Positions 55,005 to 63,356 of a DNA stretch of 64,000 nt are shown here, piece after piece (position 1 is the stretch's first letter; each line of letters opens with the position of its first letter). The translations under genes and the position numbers were made by a program. The notes below the pieces were generated by a model. It saw nothing but the letters and a program-made list of their open reading frames with translations, did no database searches and was not told where the DNA came from. This stretch comes from a virus: positions 64,001 to 128,000 of the IMG/VR virus record IMGVR_UViG_3300045988_102159; one strand, given 5' to 3'.

Positions 55005-55166
55005 TTAATCATAATCTTCATAGTCCCATACATCAATTACGTTGCCGAGCCAATCATAGAAATTCTCACCACTGCCACTTTCAATCTTATTAACATAATC
55101 AGCAATATTATCTGTATCATCCGTAGCTTTAAGCGCATCTAAAATATCATCATATGTATAATCCAT
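55005..55166 (-). CDS. Small acidic protein (53 aa)
   Basis: Below the ORF-track cutoff. GGAGG RBS, follows a terminator. Encodes MDYTYDDILDALKATDDTDNIADYV.... Confidence 0.45.
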   Translation of the reverse strand: MDYTYDDILDALKATDDTDNIADYVNKIESGSGENFYDWLGNVIDVWDYEDYD

Positions 55167-55181
55167 ATAACCTCCAATAGC

Positions 55182-55212
55182 AAAAAGGAGAATAGATTTC
55201 TCTATTCTCCTT
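55182..55212 (-). terminator. Intrinsic terminator
   Basis: AAGGAGAATAGA-tttc-TCTATTCTCCTT followed by T's on the minus strand. Confidence 0.7.
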
Positions 55213-55223
55213 ATGCAGCCAAT

Positions 55224-55889
55224 CTAATTTTCAAAATTCATTTCTTTTCGCTCTTGGCGCTCATAGTTTTTACCGTCCTCGAAGCCTTCATCGTAGCCAT
55301 CATCGTGACCTTCAACATAGCCATCATCGCGACCATTTTCGTAGCCAGTATCATAACCATCCTGCCAGCCAGCAGCTTCATCGTTATGTAAATCAGAGCA
55401 ATAAGTCTTTAAAACCTTATTATATGCACCATTAGTCTGGAAATAGCGTTTAGCTACACAAGCATTAAAACCTGCGGCTTCATTATACACATCGGTATCA
55501 GCGCATTTAGAACGCGTCACTTCACCATCTTTCCACCATACGATTGTCCAAGGCTTATCATATTTAACACGCTTAATCTGATTCACTTGAGACTCATTAA
55601 ACTTGCGGCGAACCTTTTCATCTTGCTTTTTCTTCTTTTGGATTAGCTTTTCATGTCCGTCCACAAGCGCATCATAAAGATTCTCAAGCAAATCATCTGA
55701 CAGCTCCATATCAACAATGCGGTCATTGCCGTCAGTACTATAGTTAAACTTACTCAGAAACTTTGCGTTAGTGACCGCAAGCAAATGTGCGGCACGTGCA
55801 ATCTCATTTGCATTGTATACTTGATGCTGAATGCTAGCATCCTTATACAGCACATCATTGGATACTGTAGTCTTCTCAACACCAAGCAT
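55224..55889 (-). CDS. Hypothetical early protein with DGY-repeat acidic tail (221 aa)
   Basis: Trimmed to ATG 55889 with AAGGAGA RBS. C-terminal GWQDGYDTGYENGRDDGYVEGHDDGYDEGFEDG. Confidence 0.55.
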   Translation of the reverse strand: MLGVEKTTVSNDVLYKDASIQHQVYNANEIARAAHLLAVTNAKFLSKFNYSTDGNDRIVDMELSDDLLENLYDALVDGHEKLIQKKKKQDEKVRRKFNESQVNQIKRVKYDKPWTIVWWKDGEVTRSKCADTDVYNEAAGFNACVAKRYFQTNGAYNKVLKTYCSDLHNDEAAGWQDGYDTGYENGRDDGYVEGHDDGYDEGFEDGKNYERQERKEMNFEN

Positions 55890-55890
55890 A

Positions 55891-56313
55891 CTAGTTCTCC
55901 TTATCAAAGTCATTCTGGACTTGCTCAAAATATTTATAAAGGTCATCGTTCAGCTCGCACAGCATTGCAATACGAATCCATGTATCAAATTTAGTGATAC
56001 CATCCTGACCATGCCCAATAAACTCATACCAAGGCACTTCGTCACCATATGTATCTTCAAGCAGCTCACGAATATCTTCGTCAGCGAACGCATTCGCAAT
56101 ATTTTCACGGTCAGGTCCATACGTCACAAGGAAACAATCAGGATGCCCAGCAGACGAAGCATTGCCAGTTACATCATCAGAAAAATACATATCATCGAAG
56201 ACTTCATCCCACTCGGTGTCGGCATTATATGTGCCGTCCTCGAAGTTTGCAACGATGAAATTCTTTACATCGTCCTCGACCATATGATTAAAAGAAGTAT
56301 AAGACCAACCCAT
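55891..56313 (-). CDS. Acidic hypothetical early protein (140 aa)
   Basis: AGAGGAA RBS. Confidence 0.6.
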   Translation of the reverse strand: MGWSYTSFNHMVEDDVKNFIVANFEDGTYNADTEWDEVFDDMYFSDDVTGNASSAGHPDCFLVTYGPDRENIANAFADEDIRELLEDTYGDEVPWYEFIGHGQDGITKFDTWIRIAMLCELNDDLYKYFEQVQNDFDKEN

Positions 56314-56348
56314 TTCTAATTCCTCTCTTGAATAACTAATATATCAGA

Positions 56349-56549
56349 TTAAAGGTTCTCAATACTACCGACATAGCCCTCATAGACAAGATGATGCTCA
56401 CGAAGGTTCTTGGCGGCAACCTCAGCCATGATGCGGTCAAGCTGCTCAAGGCTCTTGAAGATGCACTCGGTATACTCGATACCGCAGAAGCGACCATCGC
56501 CCTCATAGAACTTGTTGAAGATAATGTTAGCCTTCATGTACTTAGCCAT
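56349..56549 (-). CDS. Hypothetical early protein (66 aa)
   Basis: Promoter cassette upstream. Confidence 0.55.
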   Translation of the reverse strand: MAKYMKANIIFNKFYEGDGRFCGIEYTECIFKSLEQLDRIMAEVAAKNLREHHLVYEGYVGSIENL

Positions 56550-56587
56550 ATTGGAAAACCTTTCTTCCTTGCCCTTTCTTTAATTAT

Positions 56588-56616
56588 ATTATATAACAAT
56601 TTCAGGCAGGGCGCAA
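56588..56616 (-). promoter_or_regulatory. Early promoter cassette 4
   Basis: AAAAAGTTCTTGCGC, 17 bp, TATAAT. Confidence 0.65.
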
Positions 56617-56635
56617 GAACTTTTTAAAACTAATG

Positions 56636-56908
56636 TTAATAATGATAACAAACAGTCACTTCTACATCATCAGTATCATCACAATGATGTGCGGTTTGAA
56701 TGATAATATCATATCCAGCTTCTGCATACTTGGCAAGGACTTTCATATCACAACCATTCAAGGCAGGACGAAATAAAGTACAATAAGTGACATTGCTGAA
56801 AGGGTCATATTTGAGAGCCGCATCAATCATGGTTTCAAGACCAACATCTATCTCTGAGTGCGGATTATTATGAAGATACTCGCGTTTAAACTCCAAAGGC
56901 TGAATCAT
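56636..56908 (-). CDS. Paralogue family A, member 3 (90 aa)
   Basis: TAATG overlap with the upstream gene. Shared pattern ..D.AL.YDP......C.L.......KY..AGYD(I/V).... Confidence 0.6.
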   Translation of the reverse strand: MIQPLEFKREYLHNNPHSEIDVGLETMIDAALKYDPFSNVTYCTLFRPALNGCDMKVLAKYAEAGYDIIIQTAHHCDDTDDVEVTVCYHY

Positions 56909-57189
56909 TAATTATCCCTATTATTGAAATAGTGATAAATAGTCAATGTTATATCATTATTCTCATTAGATTCATTGCTAATCATAACATCATATCCAGC
57001 GTCAATATATTTAAAAAGAGTAGTAATGCTGTAAGTGGTAAGACAACCAAGAGCAAGGTCACAATGCACACGATTCTTGCGTGGGTCATACCTAAGAGCG
57101 TCATCAATCCTCACTTCAAGAGTATGAGAATAATTCTCAGGGTCGGAGTTTTGAATAGACTTTCTTTTTACTCCGTTTGGTGTAATCAT
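56908..57189 (-). CDS. Paralogue family A, member 2 (93 aa)
   Basis: AAGGAG RBS. Confidence 0.6.
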   Translation of the reverse strand: MITPNGVKRKSIQNSDPENYSHTLEVRIDDALRYDPRKNRVHCDLALGCLTTYSITTLFKYIDAGYDVMISNESNENNDITLTIYHYFNNRDN

Positions 57190-57218
57190 TGTTGACTCCT
57201 TAATAGAAAAATTATTTG

Positions 57219-57476
57219 TTAAAACTTATAAACAATAGTAATATAGATTTTTGTTTCGCCATTATAAAAACGCGGCTTCATAGTAACTTTATACCCATTG
57301 TCTATATATTTTGTTAAAGTTTTCATCTTGTCAGCAGAAACTTCTGAAAAGACAAAACTTACACTACAAGAATCGGTCCCAGAGCTATATGTTAGTCCTT
57401 TATCAATTTTAAGCTCAAAGGGATCATTATAACTTTGATTAAGCTGCTTATCTTTAACTTCATAGGGTGAAATCAC
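57219..57476 (-). CDS. Paralogue family A, member 1 (85 aa, GTG start)
   Basis: AAGGAG RBS. Confidence 0.55.
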   Translation of the reverse strand: MISPYEVKDKQLNQSYNDPFELKIDKGLTYSSGTDSCSVSFVFSEVSADKMKTLTKYIDNGYKVTMKPRFYNGETKIYITIVYKF

Positions 57477-57485
57477 ATTTACTCC

Positions 57486-57644
57486 TTAATAAGACAAAAG
57501 CTCCCAAGTATTGACCAGAAATGCTTCATTCGTATCGACCGCATACAGAAGAACATGACCATCGCCATAAATCTCTTCAATCTGGCAGATGATGAACTTA
57601 TGAGTATAGGGGTTAAGATACTGTACGTAATCGTTGCGCTTCAT
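57486..57644 (-). CDS. Hypothetical early protein (52 aa)
   Basis: Trimmed to ATG 57644. The longer track ORF would read through its own promoter cassette. Confidence 0.5.
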   Translation of the reverse strand: MKRNDYVQYLNPYTHKFIICQIEEIYGDGHVLLYAVDTNEAFLVNTWELLSY

Positions 57645-57674
57645 ATACTTTCCTTTCCCTCTTGGTATACTTAT

Positions 57675-57703
57675 ATTATATACTATTATTTCACCATCTG
57701 CAA
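57675..57703 (-). promoter_or_regulatory. Early promoter cassette 5
   Basis: TTTTTTCTTGCAG, 17 bp, TATAAT. Confidence 0.65.
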
Positions 57704-57724
57704 GAAAAAATTTAGACATGCGGC

Positions 57725-58138
57725 CTAAAAACTACTCATATAATATAGTTCATCCACCAAGAGATAGAAATAACGCCCAAGTAAATCATTAGGATATTCA
57801 TAACGACTTGGCGGCAAGGTAATTTTAGGATAAACATTGCCAATTTCGTCTACATCTTCTTTATAAGTTCTAAATGAAACAGTCATATAACTACTTGAAG
57901 GTGCATCTGGCGAACACGTATTAATAGAAAATTCACATTCGCCTAATGGCACTTGGTCATATTTACTTAAAACATCAAACCAGCAGCCTGCTGAATAACT
58001 AGTAATCTTGCCAAACTGCACATGCCCAATAGTCCAACGCGTAGAATTTTGTTTAAGACAATAATCTTTTAAGAGATTATATGTATCTTCACAGATTTTC
58101 GTAATATCGTCAACACCCAAAATACTATAAGTATCCAT
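57725..58138 (-). CDS. Paralogue family B, member 2 (137 aa)
   Basis: AGGAGA RBS. C-terminal ..RYFYLLVDELYYM resembles ..QYIYSFVDEIDALI of the next gene. Confidence 0.55.
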   Translation of the reverse strand: MDTYSILGVDDITKICEDTYNLLKDYCLKQNSTRWTIGHVQFGKITSYSAGCWFDVLSKYDQVPLGECEFSINTCSPDAPSSSYMTVSFRTYKEDVDEIGNVYPKITLPPSRYEYPNDLLGRYFYLLVDELYYMSSF

Positions 58139-58145
58139 GACTCTC

Positions 58146-58544
58146 CTAATAGCAACGTATCAAAGCGTCAATTTCGTCTACAAAACTATAAATATATTGT
58201 CCAATAGAATCACAAACATCGTAATGATATGGCATGATGAAACGACCTCTCGCGTCACCAGTATAAGGCCCATATTCCAAAATAGAAAAAATTAAACTAT
58301 GCCGCGCATCTGAAACAGGTCCAGTATAAATTACTAAGTCTTCAACAGATGCACATCCCATAAGAGATTCATCATCAAGATAAACCATATCGAAAAGCAC
58401 TTTATTTGGATGAATTCTATCTACAGAGATGCGTGCGGGTTTCCAATCAAAATGGCAAAGAGGACGCTCACGATATGCCTGCTCAACCTTGGCGGCATAT
58501 TCAGTCAAACTATCAATAATCTCATCAGTCAGATAATAACTCAT
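58146..58544 (-). CDS. Paralogue family B, member 1 (132 aa)
   Basis: AAGGA RBS. Confidence 0.55.
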   Translation of the reverse strand: MSYYLTDEIIDSLTEYAAKVEQAYRERPLCHFDWKPARISVDRIHPNKVLFDMVYLDDESLMGCASVEDLVIYTGPVSDARHSLIFSILEYGPYTGDARGRFIMPYHYDVCDSIGQYIYSFVDEIDALIRCY

Positions 58545-58645
58545 GATTAATCCTTATCAAAATCGTTTGCGGCCAATAGACAAAATACTTAGAAATATTG
58601 TCATATATAAAATCATTGATAAGCTAATTCATAAACTTGTTCATT

Positions 58646-58954
58646 TTACACTCCCAGTGCATCGCAAATAGCAGCGTAAATATATGCACACTCCATATAA
58701 CCTGCGCTATATACGGTCAACTTCTCAACGGCAGCATCATCGAGTGCGGCAATTGTGAATCGCGGCACATATTCAAAGTCCTCGCAGGCAACGCAAGCCG
58801 TGACTGTCACATGCTTATCGCCAAGAGAATAAGTATAAGCCTGCTCGTCCATACTTGCAATTGCTATGTCCTCATGGCACGTGCGCATTACCTTGTTGAC
58901 GCTAGAGAAAACCTGATTGATAGTATGCTCGAATTTCTTGCTGCTTTGTGTCAT
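58646..58954 (-). CDS. Hypothetical early protein (102 aa)
   Basis: Promoter cassette and GAGGGGA RBS. Confidence 0.6.
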   Translation of the reverse strand: MTQSSKKFEHTINQVFSSVNKVMRTCHEDIAIASMDEQAYTYSLGDKHVTVTACVACEDFEYVPRFTIAALDDAAVEKLTVYSAGYMECAYIYAAICDALGV

Positions 58955-58986
58955 GTTTTATCCCCTCTTTGTCTTTCTTTATATAT

Positions 58987-59015
58987 ATTATATAATAATA
59001 TAAGACTGGCCGCAA
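58987..59015 (-). promoter_or_regulatory. Early promoter cassette 6
   Basis: ACTTGCGG, 17 bp, TATAAT. Confidence 0.6.
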
Positions 59016-59023
59016 GTATAAAA

Positions 59024-59356
59024 TTATCGGTAGAGCATCTTAATTGCCATGTCGATAATATCATTCATATAGATACTGCCGACCTCGCATTTATAATCAT
59101 CTACATTAAATTCTAAAGCATCGCAACCATCACAGAATAAGAAATGCACACGACCAACAGGATAATCACAATCGCGTATGTACTCTTCAAAACAGCTTAG
59201 GTCGCAAGAGCAAAGAAGCTGATTGTCTGCCTTTTGCCGCACATCAAATGATACTACGTTATTACGCTCTTTAGGTTTACATGCTTTCCAGTTATACATA
59301 TCGCCATTGCTGCGCTTGCCGTGAATAGTATCAAACAAAACCTTAGCGCTCTTCAT
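59024..59356 (-). CDS. Hypothetical early protein (110 aa)
   Basis: Trimmed to ATG 59356, preceded by CCAAGAGAGGAAA. Confidence 0.55.
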   Translation of the reverse strand: MKSAKVLFDTIHGKRSNGDMYNWKACKPKERNNVVSFDVRQKADNQLLCSCDLSCFEEYIRDCDYPVGRVHFLFCDGCDALEFNVDDYKCEVGSIYMNDIIDMAIKMLYR

Positions 59357-59375
59357 TCTATTTCCTCTCTTGGAA

Positions 59376-59404
59376 AATAAAAACAGGGGCTTGCGCCCCT
59401 GTTT
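59376..59404 (-). terminator. Intrinsic terminator
   Basis: AAACAGGGGC-ttgc-GCCCCTGTTT followed by T's on the minus strand. Confidence 0.7.
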
Positions 59405-59408
59405 ACGA

Positions 59409-59570
59409 CTAGTATAGAGACAACTTATTCTCTGGTACGTAGACTGTAGAACCATTTAGATATTTAACAAGGACTGTCCCATTGCTATTGAAGTGCAGAA
59501 TCTTAACGACACTTACAAGACCATTAGGACCAGTATAGGTAACATAATCTCCAACAGACAGCTTAATCAT
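59409..59570 (-). CDS. Hypothetical early protein (53 aa)
   Basis: Trimmed to ATG 59570 with GAGGA RBS. Confidence 0.5.
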   Translation of the reverse strand: MIKLSVGDYVTYTGPNGLVSVVKILHFNSNGTVLVKYLNGSTVYVPENKLSLY

Positions 59571-59841
59571 TTTCGTCCTCTTCCTCTTTGTCATCCTCAA
59601 TCCACTCATGGTCTTCGTTTAAGAAACCGGCTTCTTCAAGGTCATCTGCCATATAGAACCAAAGATAGTCGTTAATCTCAGTCTCAGTACGGATTTCACC
59701 ATCTCCGTACAGGTCAGCTTCTTCAATCAGGTCAACGATATAATCGTAAGCCTTTGGATGGTCAATCAGCTCTTCCAACCAAGTCTTGCCGCCAGACCAT
59801 GCTTGGAAACGATTAAGTTCACAATCAACAACGTAACGCAT
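59563..59841 (-). CDS. Acidic hypothetical early protein (92 aa)
   Basis: Trimmed to ATG 59841, preceded by GCCAAGAGAAAGAAG. The longer ORF reads through the promoter cassette. Confidence 0.55.
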   Translation of the reverse strand: MRYVVDCELNRFQAWSGGKTWLEELIDHPKAYDYIVDLIEEADLYGDGEIRTETEINDYLWFYMADDLEEAGFLNEDHEWIEDDKEEEDEND

Positions 59842-59874
59842 ACTTTCTTCTTTCTCTTGGCTTTCTTTAATAAT

Positions 59875-59903
59875 ATTATATAATATTAAAGAACGTAGGT
59901 CAA
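59875..59903 (-). promoter_or_regulatory. Early promoter cassette 7
   Basis: TTGACC, 17 bp, TATAAT. Confidence 0.65.
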
Positions 59904-60230
59904 CTAGAAAATAGTGAGAATTTTTGATTCCTTTATCATATCGCAAAAAAGCATGGCTGCAAAATTCTGCACTGGACTCTCACCCATAACGCCCTTCTCA
60001 CCTAGATATGTGCGGCCAATCTTGCTGTACGTAACATCATTTCCATTTTGATATTCACAATAAATATCAAAGTAGACAGGTACTTGCTTGCGGCCAACTA
60101 CTGTGAACTTGATACCATGATAATAGAACGTGCTGCGCGTCTCGCCGTTATACTCACCAACCAGCCAACCTTCATTATATGCGATAGTTTCCAAAGCTGA
60201 CAGAATGTTAGAGATAAGGTTGCAATTCAT
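59904..60230 (-). CDS. Hypothetical early protein (108 aa)
   Basis: AAGGAGA RBS. Confidence 0.6.
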   Translation of the reverse strand: MNCNLISNILSALETIAYNEGWLVGEYNGETRSTFYYHGIKFTVVGRKQVPVYFDIYCEYQNGNDVTYSKIGRTYLGEKGVMGESPVQNFAAMLFCDMIKESKILTIF

Positions 60231-60239
60231 TAAATCTCC

Positions 60240-60458
60240 TTAGAGCTTGCGGCTACAGAAAGGACAATACTTAATCTCATGCGACCAACCGAGCTTATCA
60301 ATACCTTTATCATAATACTCGCCCATGAGATAATAGGCTTTGTCTGCATCAGAATAATGAATATACATACCAACATCAGAATCGGCACTATCATAATCAG
60401 TACAGTCGATGCTCTCGCCCCAACGGGTATTCATCTTGAAATTACAATACTTGCACAT
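60240..60458 (-). CDS. Zinc-ribbon protein (72 aa)
   Basis: Trimmed to ATG 60458 with AAGGAG RBS. CKYC...CPFC. Confidence 0.55.
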   Translation of the reverse strand: MCKYCNFKMNTRWGESIDCTDYDSADSDVGMYIHYSDADKAYYLMGEYYDKGIDKLGWSHEIKYCPFCSRKL

Positions 60459-60468
60459 GTTAAACTCC

Positions 60469-60618
60469 TTAGAGATAGTAGACATCTTCACGCTTGGCAG
60501 TGTGGAACACGCCGTCTTCATCAACAATGACAAGGCTATCGCAGAATAGAAGAACATCCACAACTACGCCATAAACATCGCCGTACAGAGCTTTATAGAG
60601 AACCATTGAGCCAATCAT
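60469..60618 (-). CDS. Hypothetical early protein (49 aa)
   Basis: Trimmed to ATG 60618. The longer ORF overlaps the promoter cassette. Confidence 0.45.
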   Translation of the reverse strand: MIGSMVLYKALYGDVYGVVVDVLLFCDSLVIVDEDGVFHTAKREDVYYL

Positions 60619-60649
60619 GCAATTTCCTTTCCCCTCTTGGTCTATATAT

Positions 60650-60678
60650 ATTATATAATAATATATAGCGAAACGCAA
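60650..60678 (-). promoter_or_regulatory. Early promoter cassette 8
   Basis: AAAAAGTTCTTGCGT, 17 bp, TATAAT. Confidence 0.65.
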
Positions 60679-60688
60679 GAACTTTTTA

Positions 60689-61078
60689 TCACGGCATCAG
60701 AAGATGTACAAAGGCACCATAAGGCGAGATAATCCAAGGGATAATGGTAGCAAATTCTATAACCGCAATACCCGCGAAAGCTGCACTTAGGCCATAGCAG
60801 ACATAACTTGTAGTTTCGAGAGCTTCATATTTATTTCTTACACAGCTTTTTTGATACTTTGTTAACGGTAATTTCTCCCAGTCAGAATATTCCTTACTTT
60901 TAGCCATACAAAATCGAGCTACAACCAAAAGAGCAATAGCAAGAATGGCAAGGATGATAACCCTACTAGCGTATGCCGCAATCACATATGAAGCATATGC
61001 TGGAATTACGTCTTTCGTGACAGCGCTTACGGCGATTCCAAGTTGATTCGCAATTTCTTTAATAACTTCGGTATTCAT
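60689..61078 (-). CDS. Membrane protein (129 aa, 3-4 TM)
   Basis: Hydrophobic segments; ORF track. Confidence 0.55.
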   Translation of the reverse strand: MNTEVIKEIANQLGIAVSAVTKDVIPAYASYVIAAYASRVIILAILAIALLVVARFCMAKSKEYSDWEKLPLTKYQKSCVRNKYEALETTSYVCYGLSAAFAGIAVIEFATIIPWIISPYGAFVHLLMP

Positions 61079-61224
61079 TATTCACATTCTTTCATTATTG
61101 CGCAGTCAGTTTTGGAAACAATATAACCGCAGTTTCTTCCTTTGATAAATAAAAACGTCAAACCAATAAGGCCAATTTAATATTTTATATACTCCATAGT
61201 AAACTTGCATATTTTATATACCCA

Positions 61225-61515
61225 TTAGTACCGAGGAATTCGTCCCTTGAACTTGCGCTCGCAGCATTTAATAAATTTGTCGCAATTTAAGTAAGAACAT
61301 ACAAAGTTATCTTCTTCATCGAAGATACCGTTATCACTATGGAATACATATACATCGTGCGGCTTCTCATACTCTTCCCAAGCATCCATATTGTAAGCAA
61401 TATCATGTGCGAGGAAAAGCGCAATATCTGCATCGTCATCTAGAATAGGGATTACCTTCATTCCACGATAAGAATCAACGCCATCTTCAAACCAGTCCAT
61501 CACAACAAAAAACAT
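61225..61515 (-). CDS. Hypothetical early protein (96 aa)
   Basis: ATG 61515 with GGTGGAG RBS inside the upstream gene's end. Confidence 0.55.
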   Translation of the reverse strand: MFFVVMDWFEDGVDSYRGMKVIPILDDDADIALFLAHDIAYNMDAWEEYEKPHDVYVFHSDNGIFDEEDNFVCSYLNCDKFIKCCERKFKGRIPRY

Positions 61516-61517
61516 AT

Positions 61518-61793
61518 TTACCACTCCACCACTAAAACAAAGTTACCGTTGTCTGGTGTCACATAACAGTTATAACCTAAGCTATGATAATAAATTACAA
61601 TACTGCGGCGAAATTCTACATCTTGCGCACGTTCATCATCGCAAGGAAAAAGCTCGACCTTACAACGGAATTTCATGCGCTCTGCCGCAGCGACAATCTC
61701 TTCATTAATTTTATCTTCTAGCTCTTTTGGAATATCATACTCATATTTATATAGAGTATCATATACCATTGTGCGAGCATCGTTAGCAATCAT
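61518..61793 (-). CDS. Hypothetical early protein (91 aa)
   Basis: Trimmed to ATG 61793 with GAAAGG RBS. Confidence 0.5.
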   Translation of the reverse strand: MIANDARTMVYDTLYKYEYDIPKELEDKINEEIVAAAERMKFRCKVELFPCDDERAQDVEFRRSIVIYYHSLGYNCYVTPDNGNFVLVVEW

Positions 61794-61804
61794 AAAATAC
61801 CTTT

Positions 61805-61999
61805 CTAAATCATTGCGCGACAAGTTACAACTGGGCTACCTTGCCAATCACGCATACAATCTCTATTAAACCAAGTATCACAAGGGCGATACTTAGGTTC
61901 AAACCAAGGACAATTAGGACAAGACGCCCGTAATGGTGTGATACTGCCTGTCTGCCGCATCCATGCACGGCATACGTCTCCATGAATACATGCAGCCAT
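61805..61999 (-). CDS. Cys-rich small protein (64 aa)
   Basis: TAATG overlap with the upstream gene; 7 Cys. Confidence 0.5.
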   Translation of the reverse strand: MAACIHGDVCRAWMRQTGSITPLRASCPNCPWFEPKYRPCDTWFNRDCMRDWQGSPVVTCRAMI

Positions 62000-62310
62000 T
62001 ATTCATGCTCCTTACGATAACGCTCAACATCTGCCGCAGTTGCTAAGAAATATTCATGCTCATGACCGGGCCAATTATACTCAACGAAGATACCCATCGA
62101 GCGCAGAATGGACTGCGCACCGCGAAGCTGCGTCTCATAACGCTCACGGCTCTCAGAGAAAGCCTTTAGCTCACGTTCAGATTTACTCTTTACAGAAGAG
62201 CTGATAATACTGCGTTCAATGTCTTTCGTGGTATTAAACCAGCTTAGAACGCTTTCCTGCTGGTCTTTTGTAAGATAATTATAATGTTCTGGATAATCAA
62301 ATGTACACAT
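61999..62310 (-). CDS. Hypothetical early protein (103 aa)
   Basis: GAAAGAG RBS. Confidence 0.55.
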   Translation of the reverse strand: MCTFDYPEHYNYLTKDQQESVLSWFNTTKDIERSIISSSVKSKSERELKAFSESRERYETQLRGAQSILRSMGIFVEYNWPGHEHEYFLATAADVERYRKEHE

Positions 62311-62312
62311 AT

Positions 62313-62528
62313 TTACTCTTTCTCAACTATAATTATAGACTCACTACCGAGTCTGTGTTCTATAATTGCATTATACCCAAGTTTCTGCAAGATTATACAT
62401 ATATCTTCACACTCTTTTTGTGGCATTTCATATACGCAATATTCAAAGCCAATAGGTAAACCAATCTTTTCTAGCTCTTGGATAGCATCTAAAATCTGCT
62501 TAAAAACATATACGGTATCTTTTTCCAT
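62313..62528 (-). CDS. Hypothetical early protein (71 aa)
   Basis: ATG 62528 with AGGTGA RBS. Confidence 0.5.
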   Translation of the reverse strand: MEKDTVYVFKQILDAIQELEKIGLPIGFEYCVYEMPQKECEDICIILQKLGYNAIIEHRLGSESIIIVEKE

Positions 62529-62534
62529 ATTCAC

Positions 62535-63014
62535 CTACACAATCATATACTCGTCTACAAGACCTGCGGCCTTTGCGCGAGCAGGCATATAACGACCAGC
62601 CCACATGCGCTTAATAACATCCTCGGGGACACGCTCGACTCCACCACGCTTAGCATTTTGCGGCAAAGCAATATCAAGACCACGATTGAAGTATACAAGG
62701 ATAATCTTATTGGCGTTCTTGCCGCAATTCTCAACGGTCTTGCAAAGCGACTTCCAAGAGATATGGGTAGCATCTGCGATAACGTTAATATCATTACAGA
62801 GATTGTCGTTAATCTGATTATAGAAGTCACGGATAACATTCTTCTCATACTTAAAATAATCTATAGAGGGAAGAAAATCAGGGTCGTTTGCTATATAGGT
62901 GAAACGAATGTTGTCACGAGAAATAACCTTGGCATTGCAGTCGGTGTTATGCTCATGCGCCCAAGTGCTCTTGCCGCAAGCGGGACAGCCTGCGAGAATA
63001 TAAAGGTTAGCCAT
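62535..63014 (-). CDS. P-loop kinase (AAA_33 / polynucleotide-kinase-like, 159 aa)
   Basis: Walker A GCPACGKST at residues 9-17. Promoter cassette and CCAAGAGAAGGAG leader. Confidence 0.55.
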   Translation of the reverse strand: MANLYILAGCPACGKSTWAHEHNTDCNAKVISRDNIRFTYIANDPDFLPSIDYFKYEKNVIRDFYNQINDNLCNDINVIADATHISWKSLCKTVENCGKNANKIILVYFNRGLDIALPQNAKRGGVERVPEDVIKRMWAGRYMPARAKAAGLVDEYMIV

Positions 63015-63046
63015 GTGATTCTCCTTCTCTTGGTTTCTTTAACTAT

Positions 63047-63076
63047 ATTATAGCATATCTTTTAACCAAAAGTCAA
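63047..63076 (-). promoter_or_regulatory. Early promoter cassette 9
   Basis: TTTTTTCTTGACT, 18 bp, TATAAT. Confidence 0.65.
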
Positions 63077-63083
63077 GAAAAAA

Positions 63084-63356
63084 TTAAGCATAAAATTCAT
63101 TGAAATCATTTAGCCAATCCAAGAGAGCCAAAGATGTAAGTGGAGCAATGTCCCATAACTGCTCAGCACAATAAATACTAGCATGAGAAGGATTCTTTTC
63201 CATAGCATTTACAACAAGCTCATGGAAAACAGCGCGGTCAACCTTTTTAAGTTCATCTACAATCTTCTCAATATCTTTCTGCTGACTAAGATATACAATA
63301 AAATCAAGAATCATAGCAGTCATTTTGTTAAGATGCATACTACACCTTTCACTCAT
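63084..63356 (-). CDS. Hypothetical early protein (90 aa)
   Basis: Trimmed to ATG 63356 with GGAGA RBS. Confidence 0.5.
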   Translation of the reverse strand: MSERCSMHLNKMTAMILDFIVYLSQQKDIEKIVDELKKVDRAVFHELVVNAMEKNPSHASIYCAEQLWDIAPLTSLALLDWLNDFNEFYA

